Below are positions 1 to 8,837 of a stretch of 64,000 nucleotides of DNA, piece by piece. Within the stretch, counting starts at the first letter, position 1. Every line of letters starts with the position of its first letter. Position numbers and translations under genes: made by a program. The stretch is from contig JANLPR010000118.1 of the NCBI GenBank assembly GCA_031367345.1, forward strand, positions 121,591 to 185,590, given 5' to 3'. The DNA is from Bacteroidota bacterium. Lineage in GTDB: Bacteria > Bacteroidota > Bacteroidia > AKYH767-A > 2013-40CM-41-45. Under the pieces are notes generated by a model, which worked only from the letters and a program-made list of their open reading frames with translations, had not been told where the DNA came from and did no database searches.

Positions 1-349
1 ATAATTCAATTTTATTTCCACACGGATCCATCGTCCATCCAAATCGTCCATAGTCATAATCATCAACTTTTTCATCGCAGTATTGAGATTGATCAAGCAA
101 CATTTTGCGGGTAGTATCTAGATTATCAACTCTCAAATTTAACATGACATTGCTGGCAGAAGGATAAAAATATTCTGAATCTGAATTAAAAAAACTTAGA
201 ACTGTCTGGCCAATTTCTTCTGTCTTTATAATATCTCTCCATTTAAAACTAAAATAAACATTAATTCCAAATCCTATTCCTAAATGGTCTTCGTACCATC
301 TTGATAAAAATTTCGGATTCTCTGCTTTTAAAAAAACACCACCAATCAT
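1..349 (-). CDS. VOC/glyoxalase-family protein, partial (N-terminal ~116 codons; gene continues past the window start)
   Basis: Reverse-strand ATG at 349..347 opens a frame that reads to position 1 without a stop. Translation: MIGGVFLKAENPKFLSRWYEDHLGIGF...FGWTMDPCGNKIEL. It ends in the typical glyoxalase/bleomycin-resistance DPxGNxIEL motif. Absent from the supplied ORF track because no stop codon falls inside the window. Confidence 0.45.
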   Translation of the reverse strand, partial: MIGGVFLKAENPKFLSRWYEDHLGIGFGINVYFSFKWRDIIKTEEIGQTVLSFFNSDSEYFYPSASNVMLNLRVDNLDTTRKMLLDQSQYCDEKVDDYDYGRFGWTMDPCGNKIEL

Positions 350-423
350 AATTATATTTACTTTTTTCTAATTAATTTTTCAAAAATAAAGAAAGACAAT
401 ATTTAATTATTTTCTAAAAAAAA

Positions 424-1827
424 TTAATATCCAAGAATTTTCATCATACTCTTTGCACTCTGTTCTTTTGCAAAGAGTCGAGTAGTGATCTCTCCATCTT
501 CATCTCTATCAATAATTACCATTTTAGGTGCAGGAACCAAACAATGTTGTATTCCACCATACCCACCAATACTTTCTTGATAAGCTCCGGTATGAAAAAA
601 ACCAATATACAATGGTTCATCTTCTTCCTTCTCATCAGAAGGCAAGTAAACTTGATTTACGTGCGATTCAGTATTATAGTAATCGTCACTATCGCAAGTA
701 AGTCCTCCTATATTTACATTCCGATATTCTTTATCCCATCTGTTTATCGCAAGCAAAATAAATTTTTGTTTTATTCCCCAAGTATCAGGCAAAGTAGTAA
801 TGAAAGAGCTATCGATCATATACCAAAGTTCATTATCATTTTGTTGCTTTTGATCAACAATTGACAAAAGCGTTGCACCACTTTCTGCAACAGTGAAACT
901 TCCAAATTCAGTAAAAATATTTGGTTCCTCTACGCCTTGAGCACGACAAGTAGACTGTATTTGTTTAATGATTTGTTCAGCCATGTATTCGTAATCATAT
1001 TCAAATCCGAGCGACTTACGAATTGGCCAGCCACCGCCAATGTCGAGCGAGTCTAAGGTTGGGCAAATCTTTTTAAGCTCGCAATAAACGTTCACACATT
1101 TAGCTAATTCTGACCAATAATAAGCAGTATCCTTTATACCAGTATTGATAAAGAAATGCAGCATTTTCAATTCAAATCGTTTGTTCTTCTTTAAATTCTT
1201 GATGTAAAAATCCTTTATTTCATCATAACGAATGCCCAATCGAGAGGTATAGAATTCAAAATTAGGCTCTTCACCGGCTGCAATACGAATTCCAACTTTT
1301 ACTTTTCTTCGCGTTTTAATTTTTTTCTCGTAGTGATGCAACTCGTTCATGCTATCTAAAACGGGTATTACATTTTCAAACCCTTCATTTATTAACCCAA
1401 CGATATTTTCTATGTATTGTGGACGTTTGTAGCCATTGCAAACAATAAATATGCTCTTATCAATCTTTTTTTCAGCATATAATGCCTTAATCAACGGAAT
1501 ATCAAAGGCAGAGGACGTCTCCAAATGGATTTCATGCTTCAAAGCCTCATGTAGTACATAAGAAAAATGAGAACTTTTAGTGCAATAGCAGTAGGTATAA
1601 GTACCTTTGTAATCTGCCTTTGCAATAGCAACATTGAATATTCGCTTAGCTTTCTTAATTTGCGAGCCAATCTTAGGTAGGTAGGTGATTTTTAGTGGAG
1701 TACCATATTGTTTGATTATCTCCATCAGATCAATACCATAGAAGTGAAGTTGATTGTCAATTACTTCAAATCCTTCTTGAGGAAAATAGAAGGTTTGTTC
1801 AATTAGATCGCGGTAAGTATTCTTCAT
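424..1827 (-). CDS. speA: biosynthetic arginine decarboxylase (PLP-dependent, Orn/Lys/Arg decarboxylase fold type III)
   Basis: 467-aa ORF with N-terminal YGTPL.ITYLPKIG... and global similarity to bacterial SpeA. Sits next to an arginase/agmatinase-family gene. Confidence 0.75.
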   Translation of the reverse strand: MKNTYRDLIEQTFYFPQEGFEVIDNQLHFYGIDLMEIIKQYGTPLKITYLPKIGSQIKKAKRIFNVAIAKADYKGTYTYCYCTKSSHFSYVLHEALKHEIHLETSSAFDIPLIKALYAEKKIDKSIFIVCNGYKRPQYIENIVGLINEGFENVIPVLDSMNELHHYEKKIKTRRKVKVGIRIAAGEEPNFEFYTSRLGIRYDEIKDFYIKNLKKNKRFELKMLHFFINTGIKDTAYYWSELAKCVNVYCELKKICPTLDSLDIGGGWPIRKSLGFEYDYEYMAEQIIKQIQSTCRAQGVEEPNIFTEFGSFTVAESGATLLSIVDQKQQNDNELWYMIDSSFITTLPDTWGIKQKFILLAINRWDKEYRNVNIGGLTCDSDDYYNTESHVNQVYLPSDEKEEDEPLYIGFFHTGAYQESIGGYGGIQHCLVPAPKMVIIDRDEDGEITTRLFAKEQSAKSMMKILGY

Positions 1828-1962
1828 TCAGTACTTGTTTAATGATCAGGATAAGAAAGTTGAGAAAATGCAAGTGAGTTGGATTCCAACTTTTTTGCTA
1901 AAGTAAGTAACTTACTTTTATTAGTTACGTTAGGTAAAAGATTTTTTAGTAAAAAAACATAT

Positions 1963-2907
1963 ATGAAAAAGATAAGATTCGTAGAAGTAAAGTCGGAGAT
2001 TGGGGCAGGGACGAGAGGCGCTAGTATGGGACCGGATGCGATAAAAATTGCCGCACTCGACTACGGAAGTAATCTATTTAAAAAAATTGATTCGGTAGAA
2101 GTACAAACAGAGAATCAATTGCTATTTGAATCAACAGGTAGTCCATATGCTAAACGTATAAAAGGGTTATTAGCTGTTTTAGAAAGAACAGCAAACGCTG
2201 TTAAAAATTCGTTGAAGAACAATGAATTTCCTATTGTGCTTGCAGGTGACCATAGTACTTCTGCAGGAACTATTTCCGGCATTCGTATGGCATATCCAAA
2301 ACAACGGTTAGGAGTTATATGGGTAGATGCTCACGCAGATTTACATTCACCTTGGACAACTCCATCAGGAAATATGCATGGTATGCCTTTGTCGGCTGTG
2401 TTGAACGAAGATAACTCTCAAAACAAAATGAACAAGCCAGACAAGGACACACTTGACAATTGGGCTAAAATAAAAAAACTGGGAGGCATCGCACCGAAAA
2501 TTGACTATAGCGATATTGTTTACATTGGCTTAAGAGATGTTGAACCTGAAGAGTCGTACTTACTCAAAAAACATAAGGTGAAAATTTTTAGTACCAATGA
2601 AGTTAAGCGAAATGGAGTAGAAAAGATTGCACGTGATACGTTAGCACATTTAAGTCGTTGCCACATGATTTATATTTCATTCGATGTAGATTCAATGGAC
2701 TCTTCTATTTCAAAAGGAACAGGAACGCCGGTAAGAAATGGTATCACTGAAAAGGAAGCAGGAAGTTTATTGGTTCGGTTAATACAAAACGAAAAAGTGT
2801 GTTGCTTTGAAATATCGGAAGTCAATCCAACACTTGATAAAGAAAATTTAATGGCTGAGAATACATTTGAAATTCTTCAGCGTGTGGTGAGCCAATTAAC
2901 AAATTAA
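1963..2907 (+). CDS. arginase/agmatinase-family ureohydrolase (agmatinase or arginase; binuclear Mn enzyme)
   Basis: Motifs GDHS (LAGDHSTSAG), DAHAD (WVDAHADLH) and SFDVD are the three metal-binding signatures of the arginase family. Start moved to the internal ATG at 1963 (MKKIRFVEVK); the track start at 1879 adds an implausible 28-aa leader. Divergent from speA. Confidence 0.75.
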   Translation: MKKIRFVEVKSEIGAGTRGASMGPDAIKIAALDYGSNLFKKIDSVEVQTENQLLFESTGSPYAKRIKGLLAVLERTANAVKNSLKNNEFPIVLAGDHSTSAGTISGIRMAYPKQRLGVIWVDAHADLHSPWTTPSGNMHGMPLSAVLNEDNSQNKMNKPDKDTLDNWAKIKKLGGIAPKIDYSDIVYIGLRDVEPEESYLLKKHKVKIFSTNEVKRNGVEKIARDTLAHLSRCHMIYISFDVDSMDSSISKGTGTPVRNGITEKEAGSLLVRLIQNEKVCCFEISEVNPTLDKENLMAENTFEILQRVVSQLTN

Positions 2908-2932
2908 TTTTTTACAATAGTTAGTTTAAAGT

Positions 2933-4744
2933 ATGGAACTTAGATTTGAAACATTCTTAAAGAATATTATTTCCCAAGGAATTAAAAGCTTGTATGATTT
3001 TAGTATTAAGCCTGAAGAAATAGTACTTCAAGAAACTAAAAAGGAATTTGAAGGCGATGTAACACTAGTGGTTTTTCCTTTTACAAAAGCATCAAACAAA
3101 AGCCCCGAACAAACTGCGAACGAAATAGGAACGTACGTTAAGAACTCTGATTTTCAACTTGAAAATTTTAATGTTGTTAAAGGATTTTTAAATTTGAGTA
3201 TCAATATTAATTTTTGGAAAAATTTTTACACGACTATCAATTCAAATATTGAAATACTTTACAGCATCAGAACTAATTTTGAAGGCACGTTTATACCTTC
3301 AAAACTGATGGTAGAATATTCTTCACCAAATACAAATAAACCACTTCACTTAGGTCATATCAGAAACAATCTTTTAGGGTTTGCTGTTGCAAATATTCTG
3401 AAAGCTGCCGGACATGATGTAACAATGGTTAATTTAGTAAACGACCGAGGAATCCATATTTGCAAGTCGATGCTTGCATGGACAAAGTATGGAAACGGCG
3501 AAACACCAACTTCGTCAGGAATGAAAGGTGACCATTTTGTAGGAAAATATTATGTGCTATTCGATAAAAAATACAAAGAACAAGTAGCAGATCTAGAATC
3601 AGACGGTCTTACAAAAGAGGAAGCTGAAAGAAAAGCACCATTGCAACTTGAGATTCAAGAAATGCTTCTGCTTTGGGAAGCAGGTGATAAAAAAACAAGA
3701 GAACTTTGGGAAAAAATGAATGGTTGGGTCTATCTAGGATTTGATGAAACCTACAAAAAGTTAGGAGTTACCTTCGACAAAATCTATTATGAAAGCCAAA
3801 CTTATCTACTCGGAAAAAAAGTAATCGAAGAAGGACTTGCCAATGGAGCTTTTTTTAGAAAGGACGATGGTTCTGTTTGGATCGATCTTACTTCAGCAGG
3901 ATTAGATACAAAGGTTTTGTTGAGAAGTGATGGCACAAGTGTTTATATAACTCAAGACATAGGAACAGCTCAACTTCGATTTGATGAATACCCGGGGTTG
4001 GAAAAATTAATTTATGTTGTAGGAAATGAACAAGATTATCATTTTAAAGTGCTAAAGGAAATATTCATCAAACTTAAACGTACATGGGCCGAAGGATTGT
4101 TTCACTTGTCGTATGGAATGGTAGATCTTCCAACCGGAAAAATGAAGTCAAGAGAAGGTACTGTAGTTGATGCTGACGATCTAATTGATGAAATAGTAGA
4201 AGAGGCTGAAATGGCTACTAAAGCACAAGGTAAACTTGACGACTTCGATTCACCGGAAGCTAAAAAACTATATCATGATTTAGGAATGTCAGCTTTGAAA
4301 TATTTCATCTTAAAAGTTGACCCCAAGAAAAAAATGCTGTTTAATCCAACTGAGAGCATCGATTTAAATGGCAATACGGGACCATTTATTAGCTATACTT
4401 ACGCAAGAATTCGTTCAGTGCTAAGAAAAGGTTCAGTTATAAAAAGAGATTTGAGTAAGATCGATGAACATATTATTTCGCCGGCTGAGAAATTACTTAT
4501 CAAATTAATTTATCAGTATCCAAATATCATTCAAGCAGCAGGAGACTCTTATAGTCCAGCTTTAGTTGCTGCATATTCATACGATTTGGCAAAAGCTTAC
4601 AATCATTTTTACCACGATCATATTGTTGTAGACAATGAAAATTTGGTTTCAACATCCTTCAGATTGGGATTAAGTGAAACAACATCTTTAGTAATAAAAA
4701 AATGTATGGGTTTATTAGGAATAAATGTACCTGAAAGGATGTAA
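2933..4744 (+). CDS. argS: arginine--tRNA ligase
   Basis: 603 aa. Class I HIGH motif (PLHLGHIRN) and KMSKS-like KMKSREG. Anticodon-binding C-terminal region is typical of ArgRS. Confidence 0.9.
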   Translation: MELRFETFLKNIISQGIKSLYDFSIKPEEIVLQETKKEFEGDVTLVVFPFTKASNKSPEQTANEIGTYVKNSDFQLENFNVVKGFLNLSININFWKNFYTTINSNIEILYSIRTNFEGTFIPSKLMVEYSSPNTNKPLHLGHIRNNLLGFAVANILKAAGHDVTMVNLVNDRGIHICKSMLAWTKYGNGETPTSSGMKGDHFVGKYYVLFDKKYKEQVADLESDGLTKEEAERKAPLQLEIQEMLLLWEAGDKKTRELWEKMNGWVYLGFDETYKKLGVTFDKIYYESQTYLLGKKVIEEGLANGAFFRKDDGSVWIDLTSAGLDTKVLLRSDGTSVYITQDIGTAQLRFDEYPGLEKLIYVVGNEQDYHFKVLKEIFIKLKRTWAEGLFHLSYGMVDLPTGKMKSREGTVVDADDLIDEIVEEAEMATKAQGKLDDFDSPEAKKLYHDLGMSALKYFILKVDPKKKMLFNPTESIDLNGNTGPFISYTYARIRSVLRKGSVIKRDLSKIDEHIISPAEKLLIKLIYQYPNIIQAAGDSYSPALVAAYSYDLAKAYNHFYHDHIVVDNENLVSTSFRLGLSETTSLVIKKCMGLLGINVPERM

Positions 4745-4745
4745 G

Positions 4746-5378
4746 ATGAGTAAATTTGGAAATCTAATATTAATTGGACTAGTATCTATCACACTTCTTT
4801 TGTGTTCACTTTCGCAATTTAAGGTGTTCAGCTTTGAACGAAGTAATCACCTAAGTGCTGTTCTTCCAAATAAAATTATTGGTAAACTTCATAGTGGAGA
4901 TATAATCCTTAGAGAAGGAAATAGTTTTGTTTCACAGGTTTTTAGGAATTTCTCCCAAACTGAAAAGCATTATTCACATTCAGGTTTAATTTATCTTCTT
5001 AATGGAAACTATTACGTGTGTCACATACTTGCAGCTGAAGGAAAAAGAAGCGATAAAATTCGACTCGAGCCATTATCTTCGTTTTGTAATACAGAAGACA
5101 ATTTGTCGTGGGCTATTTACAGAACAGAAATAGATACCAATGAAATTAAAAAAGAGATCACTGAATTATTGAATGCTAAAATTGCTTTCGACAAAGAGTT
5201 TAAACTGGCAACTGACGACAAAATGTATTGTACAGAATTGGTTTATAAAATACTTACAAAAGCAAATGACAATAAAAAATTCATAAATTTGACACACTCA
5301 AATGGATTAGATTATGTTGCATGCGACAATTTATATTTGAATCCAAAAACGAATTTAATTTATTCAAACACCAATTAA
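4746..5378 (+). CDS. hypothetical protein, possibly YiiX-like permuted papain-fold (NlpC/P60 superfamily) enzyme
   Basis: N-terminal TM/signal segment. Conserved-looking H-S-G (HSGLIYLL) and C-T-E (MYCTELVYK) motifs resemble DUF830/YiiX permuted cysteine peptidase-like proteins. Start placed at MSKFGN (4746) to avoid overlapping the argS stop. Confidence 0.35.
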   Translation: MSKFGNLILIGLVSITLLLCSLSQFKVFSFERSNHLSAVLPNKIIGKLHSGDIILREGNSFVSQVFRNFSQTEKHYSHSGLIYLLNGNYYVCHILAAEGKRSDKIRLEPLSSFCNTEDNLSWAIYRTEIDTNEIKKEITELLNAKIAFDKEFKLATDDKMYCTELVYKILTKANDNKKFINLTHSNGLDYVACDNLYLNPKTNLIYSNTN

Positions 5379-5379
5379 T

Positions 5380-5814
5380 ATGTCAAAAATAAAAAAACTT
5401 ACATTCATCATAGGAATAACTTTCCTGCTTATTTCTTGTGGTAAGAATGACTCGCCGAGTTCAATTACTGACAAATTTCTTTCAGCCTTGACGAAACAAG
5501 AATTTGAAATAGCGAAAACTTATGGTACGGACGATACAGATCGCTTACTCGATATGATGATAGGCTATAAGAAAATGGGAGCAGAGCCTTTTTTACAGGA
5601 TGCAGTATTCGACATTATCGACGAGAAAATTAACGGAGATGAAGCAAAAGTAAGAGTGAAAGTAGAAGGTCGTAATAAAGAACTTGTTTTTAATCTTGAA
5701 AAGGAAGACGGCAAGTGGAAAGTTGCTATGAACAAAGAAACAATTAATGAATCAGATGCTAACATTTTCGATTTAGGTGCTACAAATACTGATACAGCAC
5801 AGGTGAATCCGTAA
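5380..5814 (+). CDS. small lipoprotein of unknown function (DUF4878-like)
   Basis: Lipoprotein signal LLISCGKN with lipobox Cys; 144 aa; 2 bp downstream of the previous gene. Confidence 0.45.
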   Translation: MSKIKKLTFIIGITFLLISCGKNDSPSSITDKFLSALTKQEFEIAKTYGTDDTDRLLDMMIGYKKMGAEPFLQDAVFDIIDEKINGDEAKVRVKVEGRNKELVFNLEKEDGKWKVAMNKETINESDANIFDLGATNTDTAQVNP

Positions 5815-5818
5815 CAGT

Positions 5819-6430
5819 TTATAGAACTTTTACTTCCAACAGTTTCTTCTCTTCTAAAAAGCATTCAAGCAGATCATTTTCTTTCACGGCAGCTACACCG
5901 CTGGGCGTTCCCGTATAAATCAAATCTCCTTTACGTAAAGTAATGAATTTCGAAACGTAACTAATAACCTTTGCAAAATTGAAGATCATCAAATTGCTAT
6001 TACCAACTTGAACAACGTTTCCATTCACCTTTAATTTGAAATTGATATTTTCTGAATCATCTAATGAAGCGAGTGACACAAATTCACCACAAGGTGCAGA
6101 ATAATCAAAAGCCTTAGCCGGCTCCCATGGTAATCCATTTTCCTTTTGATATTGTTGAATATCTCTGGCAGTAAAATCGATCCCCACCGATATTTTATCG
6201 AAATATCTATTTGCAAATTCCTCTGAAATATTTTTTCCTTCTTTATTGATCTTTAACACAAGCTCAATTTCATGATGAATATCCTTCGAAAAATCGGGAA
6301 GATAGAATGCCTTGTCTTTTGGTAACACTGCTGTATCCGGCTTCAAAAAAAACACCGGGACTCCTGGGATTACATTATTAAGTTCCTTAGCGTGTTCTGC
6401 ATAATTTCGCCCAATGCAAATAATTTTCAT
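5819..6430 (-). CDS. fumarylacetoacetate hydrolase (FAH) family protein
   Basis: 203 aa. N-terminal MKIICIGRNYAEHAKE and overall FAH-domain similarity (2-keto-4-pentenoate hydratase / FAHD1-like). Confidence 0.7.
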   Translation of the reverse strand: MKIICIGRNYAEHAKELNNVIPGVPVFFLKPDTAVLPKDKAFYLPDFSKDIHHEIELVLKINKEGKNISEEFANRYFDKISVGIDFTARDIQQYQKENGLPWEPAKAFDYSAPCGEFVSLASLDDSENINFKLKVNGNVVQVGNSNLMIFNFAKVISYVSKFITLRKGDLIYTGTPSGVAAVKENDLLECFLEEKKLLEVKVL

Positions 6431-6435
6431 AGCAA

Positions 6436-7206
6436 TTACTTATTATACAATTTCAATCGTAAAGCAGTAATAACATTTTTTGTATTGGTAGCAAAATCAC
6501 CTTTCATCATCCAATCGTAATATGAAGTATCCGATTTAAATACATCAACTACTGCACGACCTTTATACTTACCAAAATTAAAAACTTCCTCATTTTTTTC
6601 ATTGTACACAATACGACCGGCTAAATCTACATTTTTCGTAATAGAGCTAAACTCAGAAAGAAAATCAATATCATTTTTTAACGTATCATATTTTTCAAGT
6701 TGAGCAAGCATTACTTCATAAGTTGCTATAGTATCCGCTTCAGCCGAATGAGCATTGGTGAGATCTTTATTGCAATAAAACTTATAGGCCGCAGAGAGTG
6801 TACGCTGCTCCATTTTATGAAAAATATTTTGCACGTCAACTAATTTTCTGGTAGTTATGTCAAATATTATTTCACAACGATTAAATTCCTCTATCAATAA
6901 TGGAATATCAAACTTATTTGAATTATACCCTGCTAAATCGCAACCACCTAAAAATGTATTTATATCTTTTGCTAAATCTTTGAAAGTAGGGCAGTCGACT
7001 ACATCCTTATCATATATATTATGAATTTTCGAAGTCTCAAGTGGTATTGGAATCGTAGGGTTGACTTTATAAGTACGAATATCTTGTGTTCCACTTGGAT
7101 TAATTTTAACCATTGAAATTTCAACTATTCTATCAGCTCCAACATTTACTCCGGTTGTTTCCAAGTCTATAAAAACAATCGGACGCTTCAAATTCAAATT
7201 CATCAA
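6436..7206 (-). CDS. DEDDh 3'-5' exonuclease (DnaQ/epsilon-like) with C-terminal accessory domain
   Basis: Exo I motif FIDLETTG, Exo III H-x4-D (HSAEADT). This is the conserved Bacteroidetes 'exonuclease' architecture. Confidence 0.7.
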   Translation of the reverse strand: MMNLNLKRPIVFIDLETTGVNVGADRIVEISMVKINPSGTQDIRTYKVNPTIPIPLETSKIHNIYDKDVVDCPTFKDLAKDINTFLGGCDLAGYNSNKFDIPLLIEEFNRCEIIFDITTRKLVDVQNIFHKMEQRTLSAAYKFYCNKDLTNAHSAEADTIATYEVMLAQLEKYDTLKNDIDFLSEFSSITKNVDLAGRIVYNEKNEEVFNFGKYKGRAVVDVFKSDTSYYDWMMKGDFATNTKNVITALRLKLYNK

Positions 7207-7209
7207 TAT

Positions 7210-8811
7210 TTATTTAGTGTTCTTTACTTGAATATTATGTACTATTTCATGGGCAGCAGCACTTTCTTCAACAACAAACTCTTCTGAATAACTTTCAAAA
7301 TTGTATCCTTCAACATGCAAAACATATTCACCTGGAATTGCCGGTAATACAAAGTCATTGAATGCTGCGGTGGGAGCAAAAACAATTTGCTTTCCGCTTT
7401 TTTTATTTTCCAAATACACTCGAGTTATTTCAATTTTTCCACCTGATGTCGAACTTACGATCCCTGAAATAAACGAAGAAAATTTATGATTGGATTCATC
7501 TTCAAAATCTACTTTATAAATGTCCTTGTCTCCTAAACCTTCCGGTCTCACTGCAGAAATATATGCAATCTTTCCATCACCTGTAAATGAAATTACCGTA
7601 TTATCATCAGCATCATTTAGTGGATATCCAATATTAACGGGGTTGCTCCATTTCCCTGTAGATTCATCCCATTCGGAACGAAAAATATCAAAACCTCCCA
7701 TGCTATTCCACCCTTTAGATGCAAAATAAAGACTTCGACCATCGAGTGATAAATAGGGGTAGTCTTCCGCATATTTGGTATTAATTGTATTTCCTAAATT
7801 GACAGCAGGCGCCCACTCGCCATTTTTACCTTTTGTAATTGAATAGAGATCACTTTCACCGGATCCACCTTTAATATCTGACGAAAAAATAATAGTTGAT
7901 CCATCTAGAGAAACAGTAGCACCACTTTCAAGCGATTTTGTATTTAATGTAGTTGGAAACAAAATCGGTTTCTGCCACATTTTTCCTTTTAACTGTGCTA
8001 CACCTACATCACCAAAAAACTCTGCATTGTCAAAATATAAAATCATCATATTTCCATCTGCAGAAAAGCCAACAGTTTCTTCATCCCATTCGGTGTTTAC
8101 TAAACCACCTGCACCTTTTGATTTAGCCCAAATAGTATCTCGCCAAACAGATGAATAAACATCTGCGGTGTAAATACCCAGATCGGCAATAAACCCACCA
8201 ATATTTCCCTTGCGTCGTGAAGTGAAAATTAAATTTTTACCATCAGCGCTGATGAATGGGTTGTATTCCTCATAAGTGGTGTTGATTGTTTTTCCCAGAT
8301 TTGTATACTTAACTTTAACAGGGCTATTGATGAGAACTTTCCCATTATTACACATTTCAATCATTCGCTCTGGCAAAGGGTAGTCTTTAAATGGCTTTTG
8401 CTTTGCATCTTTAAATTCAGTGAATGCTGTAATCGCTTCATCGAAATTATTGTTGTATAAATAAGCGACTCCCAAATGGAACGACCATTCTTTCTTCGCT
8501 TCTTTTGATTTGTATGCCTTTTCTAAATAGGGCAGTGCAGCTTTTTTATTCGCTGAAGTTTGTAAATAACAATAACCCAAACGAAAATTATATTCAGCAT
8601 TATTAGCATCAACTTTTACTAAATTCTGATAAGCAGAAAGAGCTCCATTGTAGTCACCGGTGTTGTACAATGTGGCAGCGTCTTTTTTAACCAACTTTGC
8701 TTCATCAGCTGTTAATACATGTGTCTTCGCTTTTTGACAATACGAAGTAGCGGGAAAAATAAAAATGCTTGCAAATAGAGACAAGAGTAATCTGATCGTA
8801 TTCCTTTTCAT
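7210..8811 (-). CDS. periplasmic TPR + PD40/TolB-like beta-propeller protein
   Basis: Signal peptide, N-terminal TPR-like repeats, repeated PD40-like beta-propeller blades, C-terminal carboxypeptidase-regulatory-like beta-sandwich. No OmpA domain. Confidence 0.55.
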   Translation of the reverse strand: MKRNTIRLLLSLFASIFIFPATSYCQKAKTHVLTADEAKLVKKDAATLYNTGDYNGALSAYQNLVKVDANNAEYNFRLGYCYLQTSANKKAALPYLEKAYKSKEAKKEWSFHLGVAYLYNNNFDEAITAFTEFKDAKQKPFKDYPLPERMIEMCNNGKVLINSPVKVKYTNLGKTINTTYEEYNPFISADGKNLIFTSRRKGNIGGFIADLGIYTADVYSSVWRDTIWAKSKGAGGLVNTEWDEETVGFSADGNMMILYFDNAEFFGDVGVAQLKGKMWQKPILFPTTLNTKSLESGATVSLDGSTIIFSSDIKGGSGESDLYSITKGKNGEWAPAVNLGNTINTKYAEDYPYLSLDGRSLYFASKGWNSMGGFDIFRSEWDESTGKWSNPVNIGYPLNDADDNTVISFTGDGKIAYISAVRPEGLGDKDIYKVDFEDESNHKFSSFISGIVSSTSGGKIEITRVYLENKKSGKQIVFAPTAAFNDFVLPAIPGEYVLHVEGYNFESYSEEFVVEESAAAHEIVHNIQVKNTK

Positions 8812-8837
8812 TTCCGGGAGAACTTAATGTAACGAAA

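Noticed and set aside
544-864. 106-aa ORF on the + strand inside speA
   Set aside because: Entirely antisense to a well-supported 467-aa CDS. Low-complexity Ile/Phe/Leu-rich translation typical of AT-rich antisense frames.
5565-5864. 99-aa minus-strand ORF overlapping the lipoprotein gene and the FAH gene end
   Set aside because: Antisense overlap with two better-supported genes; no motifs.
6436-7206. DnaQ-like exonuclease considered as a possible defence-system nuclease
   Set aside because: Architecture and context (between an FAH hydrolase and a TPR/PD40 envelope protein, same strand, short gaps) match the widely conserved housekeeping Bacteroidetes exonuclease. No partner ATPase, helicase or methylase is nearby.
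7301-7729. Two short + strand ORFs (62 and 69 aa) inside the TPR/PD40 gene
   Set aside because: Antisense to a 533-aa CDS with clear domain structure. Pro/Ser-rich artefactual frames.
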